A stretch of DNA of 63,890 nucleotides, filler included, from 17 parts of 17 records of this genome joined end to end with filler, not necessarily neighbours in it, one strand, 5' to 3'. Positions 27,621-40,866 are shown, counted from the whole stretch's first letter. A program made the numbers and translations. Notes: generated from the letters alone by a model not told the origin.

Positions 27621-28201
27621 ATGATGGCAACTCCTCATGAAACGCATAGTTCATCAGAACCCAAACCGTGTACGAAAGGCTGCGGTTTCTTTGGGTACGT
27701 GCGAAATACATTATATGGCGATTATTAATCGATCCGCAGTAACCCTTCGCAAGAGGGAATGTGTTCCAAGTGCTGGAAAACAGAGCTCGCTGCAAGGGGC
27801 CCGGCGTCCACTCCAGATGTTTCGCAACCGGCTCCCGTAGCAAGTATGTGTAGCATCTCTCGTGCTATTTTTCAGGTCTGATGTGGGGTTTTCAGCCGCC
27901 GAACCTCCGAAACCTACACGTGCCGTTCAGGAAAACACCACAAAATGCTGGTATGGATCCTCTGTGGCGATATTGCATGGCGTTGTTATTGACCTTTCGC
28001 AGGAAATGTAATCGGTCTGTGGGTTTGACTGGCATCGAGTGCCGTTGTGGATATGTCTACTGCGGGAAGCATCGGTATGCGGAGAAACATGAGTGCGATT
28101 TCGATTATCGCAAGGCCGCTCAGACCGAAATTGAGAAGAACAATCCCCAATTCCGAGAAAAGCATCACTTTACGAGAATGGATTCCATGGAGAACCTGTA
28201 A
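27621..28201 (+). CDS. eukaryotic A20/AN1 zinc-finger protein (SAP/ZFAND5-like), complete, 4 exons
   Basis: exons 27621-27694, 27740-27843, 27896-27950, 28003-28201; A20 [17 protein letters not shown] and AN1 [28 protein letters not shown]; three GT-AG introns of 45, 52, 52 nt. Confidence 0.92.
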
Positions 28202-28894
28202 TCAAGCGGGGTGTGTTCAGCTTCTATCGTTTAGCCACAGCGCGCCCGTGTGTGTATATAGGAACTCGCAAGAACCCCGTATTGATATTCAGGGGAAGCA
28301 GCGGGGACATAGTGTCTGCGTACATGCATGCGACCGCGTGTGTCTGTGTGTTTGCTGTGTGTGTGAATATGTGTGAGTGTGGACAAGGAACACACGGAGC
28401 ACTGTCTCTCGCCAGCGTTTGTAAAGAGAAGTCGAGGGGACCAATAACCAATGAAGTCAATCGTTAGTTGTCACTGCGCCGATTATTGCGTGTGTTCGAT
28501 CCTCACGAGTTGTCAAGTTGTACATCCACAACACCGATAACACATCTTCGTGAGAAATTCATTTTATACAAACGAAACTGTACAACACTCCAAATCGAAT
28601 CCTAACACATACAACGGGGTTTCTCTCCCTACACCCACTCAACTAGCTAACACATAATAACTCAACCGCAAAATGGAATACATAACCTAATTCTAGTCTC
28701 GGATATGAATGAAACAGCAAATATGTACACACCTCCTACCAACTGACGGAACCGTCATCAACCTATACAAACGATTCCTAGCTTAGCAGACCACACCACA
28801 AACCACCATCGCACATAGACTAGTAGCACCCCCAAAGCTATCCTCATCGCTTTGATGCTGTGTGTGTCTTCGCGCCGTTCGCCTCTACGCAATC

Positions 28895-29165
28895 TTACAT
28901 GCCGCATGCACTCAGGCCGCAGCTGGTGCATGTGTAGCAGCCCTCACTGATACGAGTGGGGGCGCCGCAGTCCGGACACTCTGTCTTCACCTTGCGGAAC
29001 TGACCCTTCTTGGCGCCCGCTGAGCCGTAGGTAGACTTGGGAGGCGTTGTCTGAACAAAGAGCGCACAAAGACACAACATGAGTCCTCCGCGCAACGTAC
29101 GCATGAAACAGCATGACAACACGCCAGAGACACGCATAACGAGGGCGTACCTGCAGCGCAGGAAC
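28895..29165 (-). CDS. 3' end of a spliced eukaryotic gene; C-terminal Cys cluster resembling class II ribonucleotide reductase (NrdJ)
   Basis: exons 29165-29151 and 29050-28895, 100-nt GT-AG intron; ends CPDCGAPTRISEGCYTCTSCGLSACGM*. Confidence 0.55.
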
Positions 29166-29265
29166 NNNNNNNNNNNNNNNNNNNNNNNNNNNNNNNNNNN
29201 NNNNNNNNNTTAATTAATTAANNNNNNNNNNNNNNNNNNNNNNNNNNNNNNNNNNNNNNNNNNNN

Positions 29266-29843
29266 TAGTTTTTATGCTGTTTGAAGTGCGCCACGTCCCT
29301 TACAAAATGCGTTTTGCGCTGAATAATCCACAGATTCACATCGCGGGATTACACCGCGCACTTAAAGGCGTTTCGCACTATCTTGCATTGAAGACGCTAC
29401 TCAGTTTATGGACAGGTGTCATCGTCTGGCTGGGGCTGGAGCTGATGGGGGTGCAGTTTGCGCTGATGTGGGCAGTACTGGCGTTTTTGCTCAACTACGT
29501 GCCCAATATCGGCGCGGTAATTTCCGCCGTACCGCCAATGATTCAGGTGCTGCTGTTTAATGGTGTTTACGAATGTATTCTGGTCGGCGCATTGTTTTTA
29601 GTGGTCCATATGGTCATCGGCAATATTTTAGAACCACGGATGATGGGCCATCGCCTGGGGATGTCCACCATGGTGGTATTTCTTTCATTGTTAATTTGGG
29701 GATGGCTGCTCGGCCCGGTAGGGATGCTACTTTCGGTGCCATTAACCAGCGTGTGTAAAATCTGGATGGAAACCACCAAAGGCGGTAGCAAACTGGCGAT
29801 TTTACTGGGGCCGGGCAGACCGAAAAGTCGGTTACCGGGATGA
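29266..29843 (+). CDS. yhhT: AI-2E family transporter, 5'-truncated
   Basis: LNYVPNIG, GNILEP motifs; upstream of acpT. Confidence 0.9.
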
Positions 29844-29897
29844 GGCGACAAGTGATACGATACGCACTTTCATTTTCCATTAAACGTTGGCCCTGAT

Positions 29898-30485
29898 ATG
29901 TATCGGATAGTTCTGGGGAAAGTTTCGACCTTAAGCGCAGCTCCACTGCCACCGGGTTTACGCGAGCAAGCACCGCAAGGTCCACGACGCGAACGCTGGC
30001 TGGCGGGGCGTGCATTGCTTTCGCACACGCTTTCCCCGCTACCGGAGATCATCTATGGCGAACAAGGCAAACCTGCATTTGCGCCGGAAATGCCGCTATG
30101 GTTCAACTTAAGCCATAGCGGTGACGATATCGCCCTGCTGTTGAGTGATGAAGGCGAAGTCGGCTGCGATATCGAAGTGATTCGCCCGCGCGCCAACTGG
30201 CGCTGGCTGGCGAACGCCGTATTCAGCCTCGGGGAACACGCTGAGATGGACGCCGTGCATCCTGATCAGCAACTGGAAATGTTCTGGCGCATCTGGACGC
30301 GCAAAGAAGCCATCGTTAAACAGCGTGGCGGCAGCGCCTGGCAAATCGTCAGCGTAGACAGCACCTATCACTCCTCGCTGTCAGTCAGCCATTGTCAGCT
30401 TGAAAATTTAAGCCTTGCGATCTGCACCCCTACTCCCTTTACGCTCACCGCCGACAGTGTGCAATGGATCGATTCAGTTAACTGA
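29898..30485 (+). CDS. acpT: 4'-phosphopantetheinyl transferase
   Basis: GKP, FNLSHS, GCDIE, WTRKEA motifs. Confidence 0.95.
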   Translation: MYRIVLGKVSTLSAAPLPPGLREQAPQGPRRERWLAGRALLSHTLSPLPEIIYGEQGKPAFAPEMPLWFNLSHSGDDIALLLSDEGEVGCDIEVIRPRANWRWLANAVFSLGEHAEMDAVHPDQQLEMFWRIWTRKEAIVKQRGGSAWQIVSVDSTYHSSLSVSHCQLENLSLAICTPTPFTLTADSVQWIDSVN

Positions 30486-30509
30486 TCCGCCCACCCGACT
30501 GCCCATCTA

Positions 30510-30558
30510 TTGATCCAGAACAGGTAATCAGTATGACGAATACTTAAAATCGTCATAC
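30510..30558 (+). promoter_or_regulatory. nikA promoter: FNR-like site and NikR operator
   Basis: TTGAT-N4-AACAG at 30510; perfect GTATGA-N16-TCATAC at 30531-30558. Confidence 0.85.
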
Positions 30559-30595
30559 TTATTTCCGCCATCTATTTTAATCCATTGGGGTTACC

Positions 30596-32170
30596 ATGCT
30601 CTCCACACTCCGCCGCACTCTATTTGCGCTGCTGGCTTGTGCGTCTTTTATCGTCCATGCCGCTGCACCAGATGAAATCACCACCGCCTGGCCGGTGAAT
30701 GTCGGGCCACTAAACCCGCACCTTTACACGCCTAACCAGATGTTCGCCCAGAGCATGGTTTATGAACCATTGGTGAAATATCAGGCAGACGGTTCGGTGA
30801 TCCCGTGGCTGGCAAAAAGCTGGACTCATTCAGAAGATGGTAAAACCTGGACCTTCACCCTGCGTGATGACGTGAAATTCTCCAACGGTGAACCGTTCGA
30901 TGCCGAGGCGGCGGCAGAAAACTTCCGCGCAGTGCTCGATAACCGTCAACGTCACGCCTGGCTGGAGCTGGCAAACCAGATTGTTGATGTTAAAGCACTC
31001 AGTAAAACAGAGCTGCAAATTACCCTGAAAAGCGCCTACTATCCTTTCCTGCAAGAACTGGCCCTGCCCCGTCCTTTCCGTTTTATCGCTCCCTCGCAGT
31101 TTAAAAACCATGAAACCATGAACGGAATTAAAGCGCCGATTGGCACCGGACCGTGGATTTTGCAGGAATCGAAACTGAATCAGTACGATGTCTTCGTCCG
31201 TAACGAAAACTACTGGGGCGAAAAGCCAGCGATTAAAAAGATCACCTTTAACGTCATCCCGGACCCGACTACCCGCGCGGTGGCGTTTGAAACTGGCGAT
31301 ATCGACCTGCTGTACGGAAACGAAGGGTTATTACCGCTCGATACCTTCGCCCGCTTTAGCCAGAATCCGGCTTACCACACCCAACTGTCACAGCCGATCG
31401 AAACCGTGATGCTGGCGCTCAATACCGCCAAAGCCCCCACCAACGAGCTGGCAGTACGTGAAGCTCTTAATTACGCGGTAAACAAAAAATCGCTGATTGA
31501 TAACGCGTTGTATGGCACCCAGCAGGTCGCCGACACCCTGTTTGCCCCTTCTGTGCCCTACGCCAACCTCGGCCTGAAACCGAGCCAGTACGATCCGCAA
31601 AAAGCGAAAGCGTTGCTGGAAAAAGCCGGTTGGACGCTGCCTGCGGGCAAAGACATCCGCGAGAAAAATGGTCAGCCGCTGCGCATTGAACTTTCGTTCA
31701 TCGGCACCGATGCGTTAAGCAAATCGATGGCGGAAATCATTCAGGCTGATATGCGCCAGATTGGCGCAGATGTCTCGCTGATTGGCGAAGAAGAGAGCAG
31801 TATCTATGCTCGTCAGCGCGACGGTCGTTTTGGCATGATTTTCCACCGCACCTGGGGCGCGCCATATGATCCACACGCCTTCCTCAGTTCAATGCGCGTA
31901 CCGTCACACGCTGACTTCCAGGCACAGCAAGGATTAGCCGACAAACCGCTGATTGATAAAGAGATCGGCGAAGTGCTGGCGACCCATGACGAAACGCAAC
32001 GTCAGGCGCTGTATCGCGACATTCTGACCCGTCTGCATGACGAGGCGGTTTATCTGCCTATCAGTTACATCTCAATGATGGTGGTATCAAAACCGGAGCT
32101 GGGTAACATCCCCTACGCGCCGATCGCCACCGAAATTCCGTTCGAACAGATTAAACCGGTGAAACCTTAA
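30596..32170 (+). CDS. nikA: nickel ABC transporter periplasmic binding protein
   Basis: 524 aa family-5 solute-binding protein. Confidence 0.97.
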
Positions 32171-33110
32171 TGTTGCGTTACGTATTACGCCGCTTTCTGC
32201 TGCTGATCCCGATGGTGCTCGCCGCCTCGGTGATCATTTTTCTGATGCTGCGCCTCGGTACCGGCGACCCGGCGCTCGATTATTTGCGTCTGTCTAACCT
32301 GCCGCCGACGCCGGAGATGCTGGCCTCTACCCGCACCATGCTGGGACTGGATCAGCCGCTGTACGTCCAGTACGGCACCTGGTTGTGGAAGGCGCTGCAT
32401 CTTGACTTTGGTATCTCATTCGCCAGCCAACGCCCGGTACTGGACGATATGCTGAACTTCCTGCCCGCCACGCTGGAACTTGCAGGTGCGGCGCTGGTAT
32501 TAATTCTGCTCACTTCCGTACCGCTCGGTATCTGGGCGGCGCGCCATCGCGACCGTCTGCCGGATTTCGCCGTACGTTTCATCGCGTTTCTTGGCGTGTC
32601 GATGCCTAACTTCTGGCTGGCGTTTTTACTGGTGATGGCGTTTTCGGTGTATCTGCAATGGCTACCCGCGATGGGTTACGGCGGCTGGCAGCACATCATT
32701 TTGCCTGCGGTTTCCATTGCCTTTATGTCGCTGGCGATTAACGCGCGTTTACTGCGCGCCAGTATGCTGGACGTCGCCGGTCAGCGTCACGTCACCTGGG
32801 CGCGTCTGCGCGGCCTGAACGACAAACAGACCGAACGTCGCCACATCCTGCGCAATGCCTCGCTGCCGATGATCACCGCCGTGGGGATGCATATCGGCGA
32901 ACTGATTGGCGGGACGATGATTATCGAAAACATCTTTGCCTGGCCGGGCGTCGGGCGCTATGCGGTGTCGGCGATTTTTAACCGTGACTATCCGGTGATC
33001 CAGTGCTTTACGCTGATGATGGTGGTGGTTTTTGTGGTCTGTAATTTGATTGTCGATTTGCTCAACGCCGCGCTGGACCCGCGCATTCGTCGTCATGAAG
33101 GAGCGCACGC

Positions 33111-33114
<4 letters not shown>
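32170..33114 (+). CDS. nikB: nickel ABC transporter permease
   Basis: 314 aa OppB-like permease. Confidence 0.96.
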
Positions 33115-34470
<1,356 letters not shown>

Positions 34471-34604
34471 NNNNNNNNNNNNNNNNNNNNNNNNNNNNNN
34501 NNNNNNNNNNNNNNTTAATTAATTAANNNNNNNNNNNNNNNNNNNNNNNNNNNNNNNNNNNNNNNNNNNNTGTACAAGGGGACGACAACTCCCACCACCC
34601 GTAC

Positions 34605-37262
34605 CTCCAACACCGTGTCGCTGTTCACGTGCGAGGCAGACGCCATACGCTGCTGCTGCACCTGCTCATCCAGCTGCGACACACGGTCCCGCAAAAGCTG
34701 TTCCAGAGCTTTCGAGGACTCGAGCTCTGCCCCGAGCACCGCCATTTTATCGCGAACGGCCGTCGTATGGGAGGCGGTCTCGTGATGCATGGCGTCCATG
34801 TCCTGCACATGCTGAATGGTGGTCTCCAGAGCTCGGTCCACATGCTCAAGGCGGGCTTCGGCCTCACGAAGACGCCGCTGCAAAATCGAATCAACGTAAG
34901 ACGATAAGGTTCAGCATTACGGGCACCCAAACAGCATACATACCCACAAACACACCCCGACTCACGAATACAGACACACGCACACATGCAAACAACCTTC
35001 CCTCCCCCTCTCATGCTGGCACACATGCCTCGTACGGGTCTAGCTTGGACAGCACAATATTGGGCAGCTGCAGCTTGAGCTGGTTTTCAAAAACCTCCTC
35101 AATGCTGTCCTGCACCTCCGCCCGTATCGCGTCCTCATGCATGCTGCGTGATTTGTTGGCCTCTGCTTGAACGAACTCGATCAATGCGCGGCGCTCGCTG
35201 TCTCGACTTTCTGTTTGTTCTTCGACGTTCGCACGCAGATCGTAGATGACCGTCTCAAGCGCTGCGACTGCTTTTGTGCGTGCGCTTTCCTATGAAGAGC
35301 AAGATACAATAAGGAAGGGAAATATACGGAAATCCATTTGAAGACAACGAAGAAAGCAGAACGAACCAAGTAACAGAAAGAGAACGCAGAGCAAGCGAGA
35401 ATCAGGAAGGGAGGGATTATATTATGGTAAAGCTTTTGAAGATGGGAAACGGACAGGGAGGCAGGACGAACAAAGAGACAGAATGCGAACCAAACACGGC
35501 GATTTCATACTGTAAGACCAGCAGCGAGGCACACACAAACAAAATAACGAACATAAAGTTGGAACAAGTGTCCAACACAACACGGACTCCGCGCGTACTT
35601 CCTGTGATATCTTGGACATCAACTTCTCTGACAACAATGTGCGTTGGCGTGCGTTCTCGCGATCGGATTTGACGCGTTCCTTGCTCTCACTGTCCACCAG
35701 TTTCTATATACAGTACGGCAAGTGAGTACGGCGAAGAAGACAACAATTAATCACAACACAGGTAAAGAAAAGAAGGCCTCAACCACTGCGTTAATAATCA
35801 TAGGCACCGTAAGCCACTGCATTTACACACACACAAAACACCACACACCCATGCGTAAATGAATATCACCTTTTTCAACAACACACGCAGACCAATTGTC
35901 TACCTTGACACTATCGATGTCCGTGGCATAAACACTCAGCTTCGTGTCCATCTCTTTCAATCTGCGCGCCACCGCCAGCTGCTGCGCGGCAGTTTCCTTC
36001 GTTGTTTTCTCATCCAGTTTCAAGGAGGCCTGTACACGCATACACACAGCACACAAATTAGCAGCATTACCAACCTCAAAATACAGGGGTATCCTTTCGA
36101 AATAGTAGCACAAACACACAAGACTCTCTCGACACCATTGTTGATGATGTACATGTATACGGCTCAACGCAACACAGCGACGTACGGTATCCAGCATCCG
36201 TTGCTGTTCGTCCATGCGCTTGCTGAGTGAGTCCATCTGTGCGATAATCTCTGGGGGCACTTCCACTTTCTCCGCCCGACTCGCTAACCGCCCGTCCTGC
36301 ACAGCAAACCGCGTAAACGATCCTGATTACTGCACCCTTGCACCGAAACGCACCAACCACACTACAGGGTTCCATGACACACAACATCACCACTTGCGCA
36401 ACAAAACACGCATTACAACGCACACGAGCTGACGTACCGGTTTCTCATCTGCGTTGAGCTCCTTCAGCGCAAACACAAGACACCGCGTCACCTGCTCCTC
36501 CAGTTCATTGCATTTGAGCTGCAGCGGGTGGATGGTCTCCTCTTTCATGCGCCGCACTTCGGAACGCAACTCTTGCAACGCGTTCTATACGCAAACGACG
36601 TTACAACCAGAATCACAAAAGGCAGAGACACGAAACACGCATCTCTCTCCCTCTCTCTCTTGACATAACACAACAATCCAAGAAAAAACATACAGCTTGC
36701 TCGATGTCTTCAGCCGGTGACCCAATGCCCTTCTCCAACACAGCAGTACGCCGGGCCTGCGCCGTCGATAGACTCTTCTGAAGTCGTTCGAACCTGCACA
36801 GCCAAAAAAAACCCCTTAGAGAAATGAAGATACGTGAACTGGCATTGCGGCATCCATATGCAGATACATATACGCAGATAAGACACACAAGCAGAAAGCA
36901 CTTGTACCTCGAGTTCATCACAGAGATAGCGGCTTCCTTGATATCTGACAGTCGTTCATTCATGCGATCCGTTTTACCTTTCAACTGCGAGCAGCACACA
37001 AATACAATTTATCAAACACACAATCCCTCGCGTCCTACCCCGGAACACGCGCATGCAATGTACAAACATAGACGCGGAGCACACACTTGCATGCGTGCAC
37101 ACACATACCATACACAGATACACACACATAGACATACACACACATACACACAAACGCACCTGTTCTTCAAGCTGTCTTCGTGCGCGATGCTCATCTTGCA
37201 AAGCGTCTGCCAGAGACTGACAAGTACGTTCCAAACTGACAATACGCTCCTCCACGGACAGC
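34605..37262 (-). CDS. internal part of a eukaryotic multi-exon coiled-coil protein (both ends missing)
   Basis: manual exons 37262-37160, 36984-36908, 36793-36694, 36584-36438, 36296-36186, 36029-35904, 35703-35599, 35289-35029, 34877-34605 join into one open E/K/R/Q/L-rich frame. Confidence 0.8.
37080..37155. repeat. imperfect (CA)n/(TG)n microsatellite inside an intron
   Basis: ACACACATACCATACACAGATACACACACATAGACATACACACACATACACA. Confidence 0.75.
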
Positions 37263-37470
37263 CTACGCATACACACACACAGGTTAAATTACAAAAACAA
37301 CAGCAATGACGCCAACAGTAAGGCAGGCAACACTGCGAAATGCAAACACAGCAGCTGTAAATGATNNNNNNNNNNNNNNNNNNNNNNNNNNNNNNNNNNN
37401 NNNNNNNNNTTAATTAATTAANNNNNNNNNNNNNNNNNNNNNNNNNNNNNNNNNNNNNNNNNNNNCCCCC

Positions 37471-37635
37471 TCACTCCACATCCTCCCTGCGTAACCCGAT
37501 ATCCTTCAACCGCTCATCACTCATCTGCTGTAACACGCGTCGGGTCTGCATTTGCCGCCGCCAACGCCTCACCGCCTGCCAGAGTTGCACCAGGCCGATA
37601 AACGGCGCTTTAGCTCTGTTTTCGTGAAATTCCAT
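37471..37635 (-). CDS. yjiS: DUF1127 small protein
   Basis: 54 aa MEFHENRAK...MSDERLKDIGLRREDVE (below the ORF track cutoff). Confidence 0.9.
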   Translation of the reverse strand: MEFHENRAKAPFIGLVQLWQAVRRWRRQMQTRRVLQQMSDERLKDIGLRREDVE

Positions 37636-37811
37636 CTGCTACCTCCTCATCTTTCAGAGGCTTCATCATCCACCTTCTGGCAGTTCACAATACAGATTCA
37701 AATATTACTTTTATTTAACATACAGACAGGTTAAAACAGCATCTGCATCCGGTTTTTTAGCCTCATCTGTACCGGTTTTTCTCTCTGTATGGTCCACATA
37801 AGGAATACAGC

Positions 37812-39224
37812 ATGACGCGTTATCAACATCTGGCGACTCTGCTTGCCGAACGGATTGAGCAAGGGCTGTATCGTCACGGGGAGAAATTGCCGTCGGTGCG
37901 CAGCTTAAGTCAGGAGCACGGCGTCAGTATCAGCACCGTGCAGCAGGCGTATCAGACGCTGGAGACGATGAAGCTCATCACTCCGCAGCCGCGTTCGGGT
38001 TATTTTGTCGCACAACGTAAAGCCCAGCCGCCAGTACCGCCGATGACGCGTCCGGTGCAGCGCCCGGTGGAAATTACCCAGTGGGATCAGGTGCTGGATA
38101 TGCTGAAGGCGCATAGCGACAGTTCCATTGTTCCGTTAAGCAAAAGCACACCGGATGTCGAAGCGCCCAGCCTGAAACCGCTGTGGCGGGAGCTAAGCCG
38201 GGTGGTGCAGCATAATCTGCAAACCGTTCTCGGTTATGACTTGTTAGCCGGTCAGCGAGTATTGCGAGAGCAGATTGCCCGCCTGATGCTCGACAGCGGC
38301 TCGGTGGTCACCGCCGATGACATCATCATCACCAGCGGCTGCCATAACTCGATGTCGCTGGCGTTAATGGCAGTGTGTAAACCGGGCGATATTGTCGCGG
38401 TCGAATCCCCCTGTTATTACGGTTCGATGCAGATGCTGCGCGGCATGGGCGTGAAAGTGATTGAAATCCCAACCGATCCAGAAACTGGCATCAGCGTTGA
38501 AGCGCTGGAACTGGCGCTGGAACAGTGGCCGATTAAAGGCATCATTCTGGTGCCAAACTGTAATAATCCGCTGGGATTTATTATGCCGGACGCGCGCAAA
38601 CGGGCCGTTCTCTCTCTCGCTCAGCGTCATGATATTGTGATTTTTGAAGATGATGTCTATGGCGAACTGGCGACGGAGTATCCGCGCCCGCGGACCATTC
38701 ATTCCTGGGATATCGACGGGCGAGTGCTGTTGTGCAGCTCGTTCAGTAAAAGTATTGCACCAGGCCTGCGCGTGGGTTGGGTCGCACCGGGGCGTTATCA
38801 CGATAAACTGATGCATATGAAATACGCCATCAGCAACTTTAATGTGCCGTCCACGCAAATGGCGGCGGCAACGTTTGTGCTGGAAGGTCACTATCATCGC
38901 CATATCCGGCGGATGCGGCAGATCTATCAGCGCAATTTGGCGCTTTATACCTGCTGGATACGGGAATATTTTCCCTGCGAAATCTGTATTACGCGCCCGA
39001 AAGGCGGATTTTTACTGTGGATAGAATTGCCTGAACAGGTCGATATGGTCTGCGTCGCGCGGCAGCTGTGCCGCATGAAAATCCAGGTGGCGGCAGGCTC
39101 GATTTTCTCAGCTTCCGGCAAATACCGTAATTGTCTGCGCATCAACTGCGCTTTGCCGCTCAGCGAAACCTATCGCGAAGCACTGAAGCAAATTGGCGAG
39201 GCCGTGTATCGGGCAATGGAATAA
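37812..39224 (+). CDS. yjiR: MocR/GabR-family regulator (GntR HTH + aminotransferase-like domain)
   Basis: KLPSVR HTH, EDDVY, SFSK..APGLRVGW. Confidence 0.93.
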   Translation: MTRYQHLATLLAERIEQGLYRHGEKLPSVRSLSQEHGVSISTVQQAYQTLETMKLITPQPRSGYFVAQRKAQPPVPPMTRPVQRPVEITQWDQVLDMLKAHSDSSIVPLSKSTPDVEAPSLKPLWRELSRVVQHNLQTVLGYDLLAGQRVLREQIARLMLDSGSVVTADDIIITSGCHNSMSLALMAVCKPGDIVAVESPCYYGSMQMLRGMGVKVIEIPTDPETGISVEALELALEQWPIKGIILVPNCNNPLGFIMPDARKRAVLSLAQRHDIVIFEDDVYGELATEYPRPRTIHSWDIDGRVLLCSSFSKSIAPGLRVGWVAPGRYHDKLMHMKYAISNFNVPSTQMAAATFVLEGHYHRHIRRMRQIYQRNLALYTCWIREYFPCEICITRPKGGFLLWIELPEQVDMVCVARQLCRMKIQVAAGSIFSASGKYRNCLRINCALPLSETYREALKQIGEAVYRAME

Positions 39225-39340
39225 ATTCGAAATAGCGGCGAAGCGCCTGATTTCCTCTCATGCATAACCTGTGACTCGTTTTATCTTTGCTGGGTCATCG
39301 CCACGTTCCAGCCTGAATTAAGCAAAGTACGCTTTGTTCA

Positions 39341-39440
39341 TGCCGGATGCCATGTGAACGCCTGACCAGGTCTACAAAAATCTTTAAAGTTCAATATATT
39401 TAATGGGTTATGTAGACCTGATAAGCATAGCGCATCAGGC
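39341..39440. repeat. pair of degenerate inverted REP elements
   Basis: TGCCGGATGCC...CAGGTCTACA and TGTAGACCTGATAAG...CATCAGGC. Confidence 0.7.
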
Positions 39441-39467
39441 TGCTTTGCGTTTGTCATCCGTCTCTGA

Positions 39468-40388
39468 TTAGCTCTTGAGCCATGAATAGCGCTCACGCTC
39501 AGGCAAGGGCTGCCTTAATGCCTGCATTTGCTCTGCCGAAAGTCCGGTAATCTTTTGTATCCATTCAGGATCCGCCCCATTCTGCAACAACAATCGAAGA
39601 ATGCGCTGCTCCCCTTTTATATATCCATCATTATGAATTCGCTCTGCAATCGTCATTATTCGCTCCCTGTGTTGTGGCATTCGACGGGTAAGTTCACTGA
39701 TAAACTCATTAAAACGCGCTTCATCGCCAGTCAGTAAAATGTAATTTAACAGCGCAGTTATCTGGCTGTCATTAGCACACTCTGTAACCAGTAATACTAC
39801 CAGTTGATCGATAAGCCCCATCAGATCGCGCTGGCGAATATGCTTTTGGATCAACTCCAACAGGGCGACTCTGCGATGCTGCACAATCTCGTCGTCTGGC
39901 ACGACAGTAACATCCACCAGCGGGAACGCGGCGTTATAAAGCTTCCGTGCGGTAGTCGGGTCGGCAAATTCGTCCAGCCAGCACAGGGACCAGGGGTAAG
40001 GACTACGGCTACCGTGATAAAATAGCATCGGGATGACCAACGGTAGCGGCTGGCGTTTATCATGCTCTATATGGCGCTACATCACCGCCATGGAATAGCG
40101 CATCAGGCGAAAGGCCATATGAATGTCCTCGCGGCTCTGATGTTCAATCACCACATAGATATAGCCATCGCCTTCGCGGGTCTTTACCGACCATAAAATA
40201 TCGGAGTGTAGCGCCCGCAATTTTTCATCGACAAAGCTGGCGGATTCCAGTTTTAAGCTATCGAGATCGCACAGTTCACGTAAATCTTTAGGTAAGTGAA
40301 TCTCCATAAAATCCCGCGCAGTGTCAGGGTGCGTGAGAAAGGTTTTAAATAATGCATCATGCGGCGTGCTGGTCGTGAAGTTTGTCAT
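39468..40388 (-). pseudogene. rpnD: Rpn/YhgA-like (PD-(D/E)XK) nuclease interrupted by an in-frame amber stop at 40077-40079
   Basis: [18 protein letters not shown] motifs; ...MAVM*RHIEH... continues in frame (yjiP/yjiQ). Confidence 0.92.
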
Positions 40389-40866
40389 GGCGATCCATCA
40401 CCTGTTGAAAAAGATGGCCTGACTTTAGCGACTAACAAAACCATTCTCACCCGGCAATTTCCCATTCCCCGAGGCGCTTTCCAGGCTATTTTTATTCTTC
40501 TGCAAACGATACATTTTTCCGGAAACAAGCTCGCGTTTTACATGTCCTGTACCCGGCAGATATTCCCCTTTCCACCGCGCTCTTTTGATTAACCGCAAAT
40601 TTTAATTACACTTAAGGTGTATATTTTCTATGCAACCCATCAATTCAAGAGGTGTAATGTGCTGATGACTATTTGTAATCGTTATACATTCTGACCCGAA
40701 GTCAGAAAGTATTTCTCTGTCTGTGTGTTCACAGGCAGTGTGGTTGATTACATGAAATTCAGTACATTTGCAGTCTCGTTGCCCTTCTCACCTGCCTTTC
40801 GTCATTACCGACGGTATTGAATTTCGTTTTCCCCGTTGGGGTTCTCCGGACAAGGAGTTGTTTGTT

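Noticed and set aside
28540-28830. AC-rich tract as a telomere, ncRNA or repeat array
   Set aside because: No periodic unit or stable structure visible; fits the 3' UTR/intergenic region between convergent genes.
26890-29165. Naming the eukaryotic species
   Set aside because: Intron style and the few proteins point to an aerobic protist-like organism, but no taxon can be supported without a database search.
26790-29265. Horizontal transfer or insertion of eukaryotic DNA into E. coli (or the reverse)
   Set aside because: Every eukaryote/bacterium boundary is a synthetic N-linker; there is no real junction sequence.
36824-37309. His/Thr-rich and Cys/Val-rich ORFs in the eukaryotic contig
   Set aside because: Translations of (CA)n/(TG)n-rich intron sequence.
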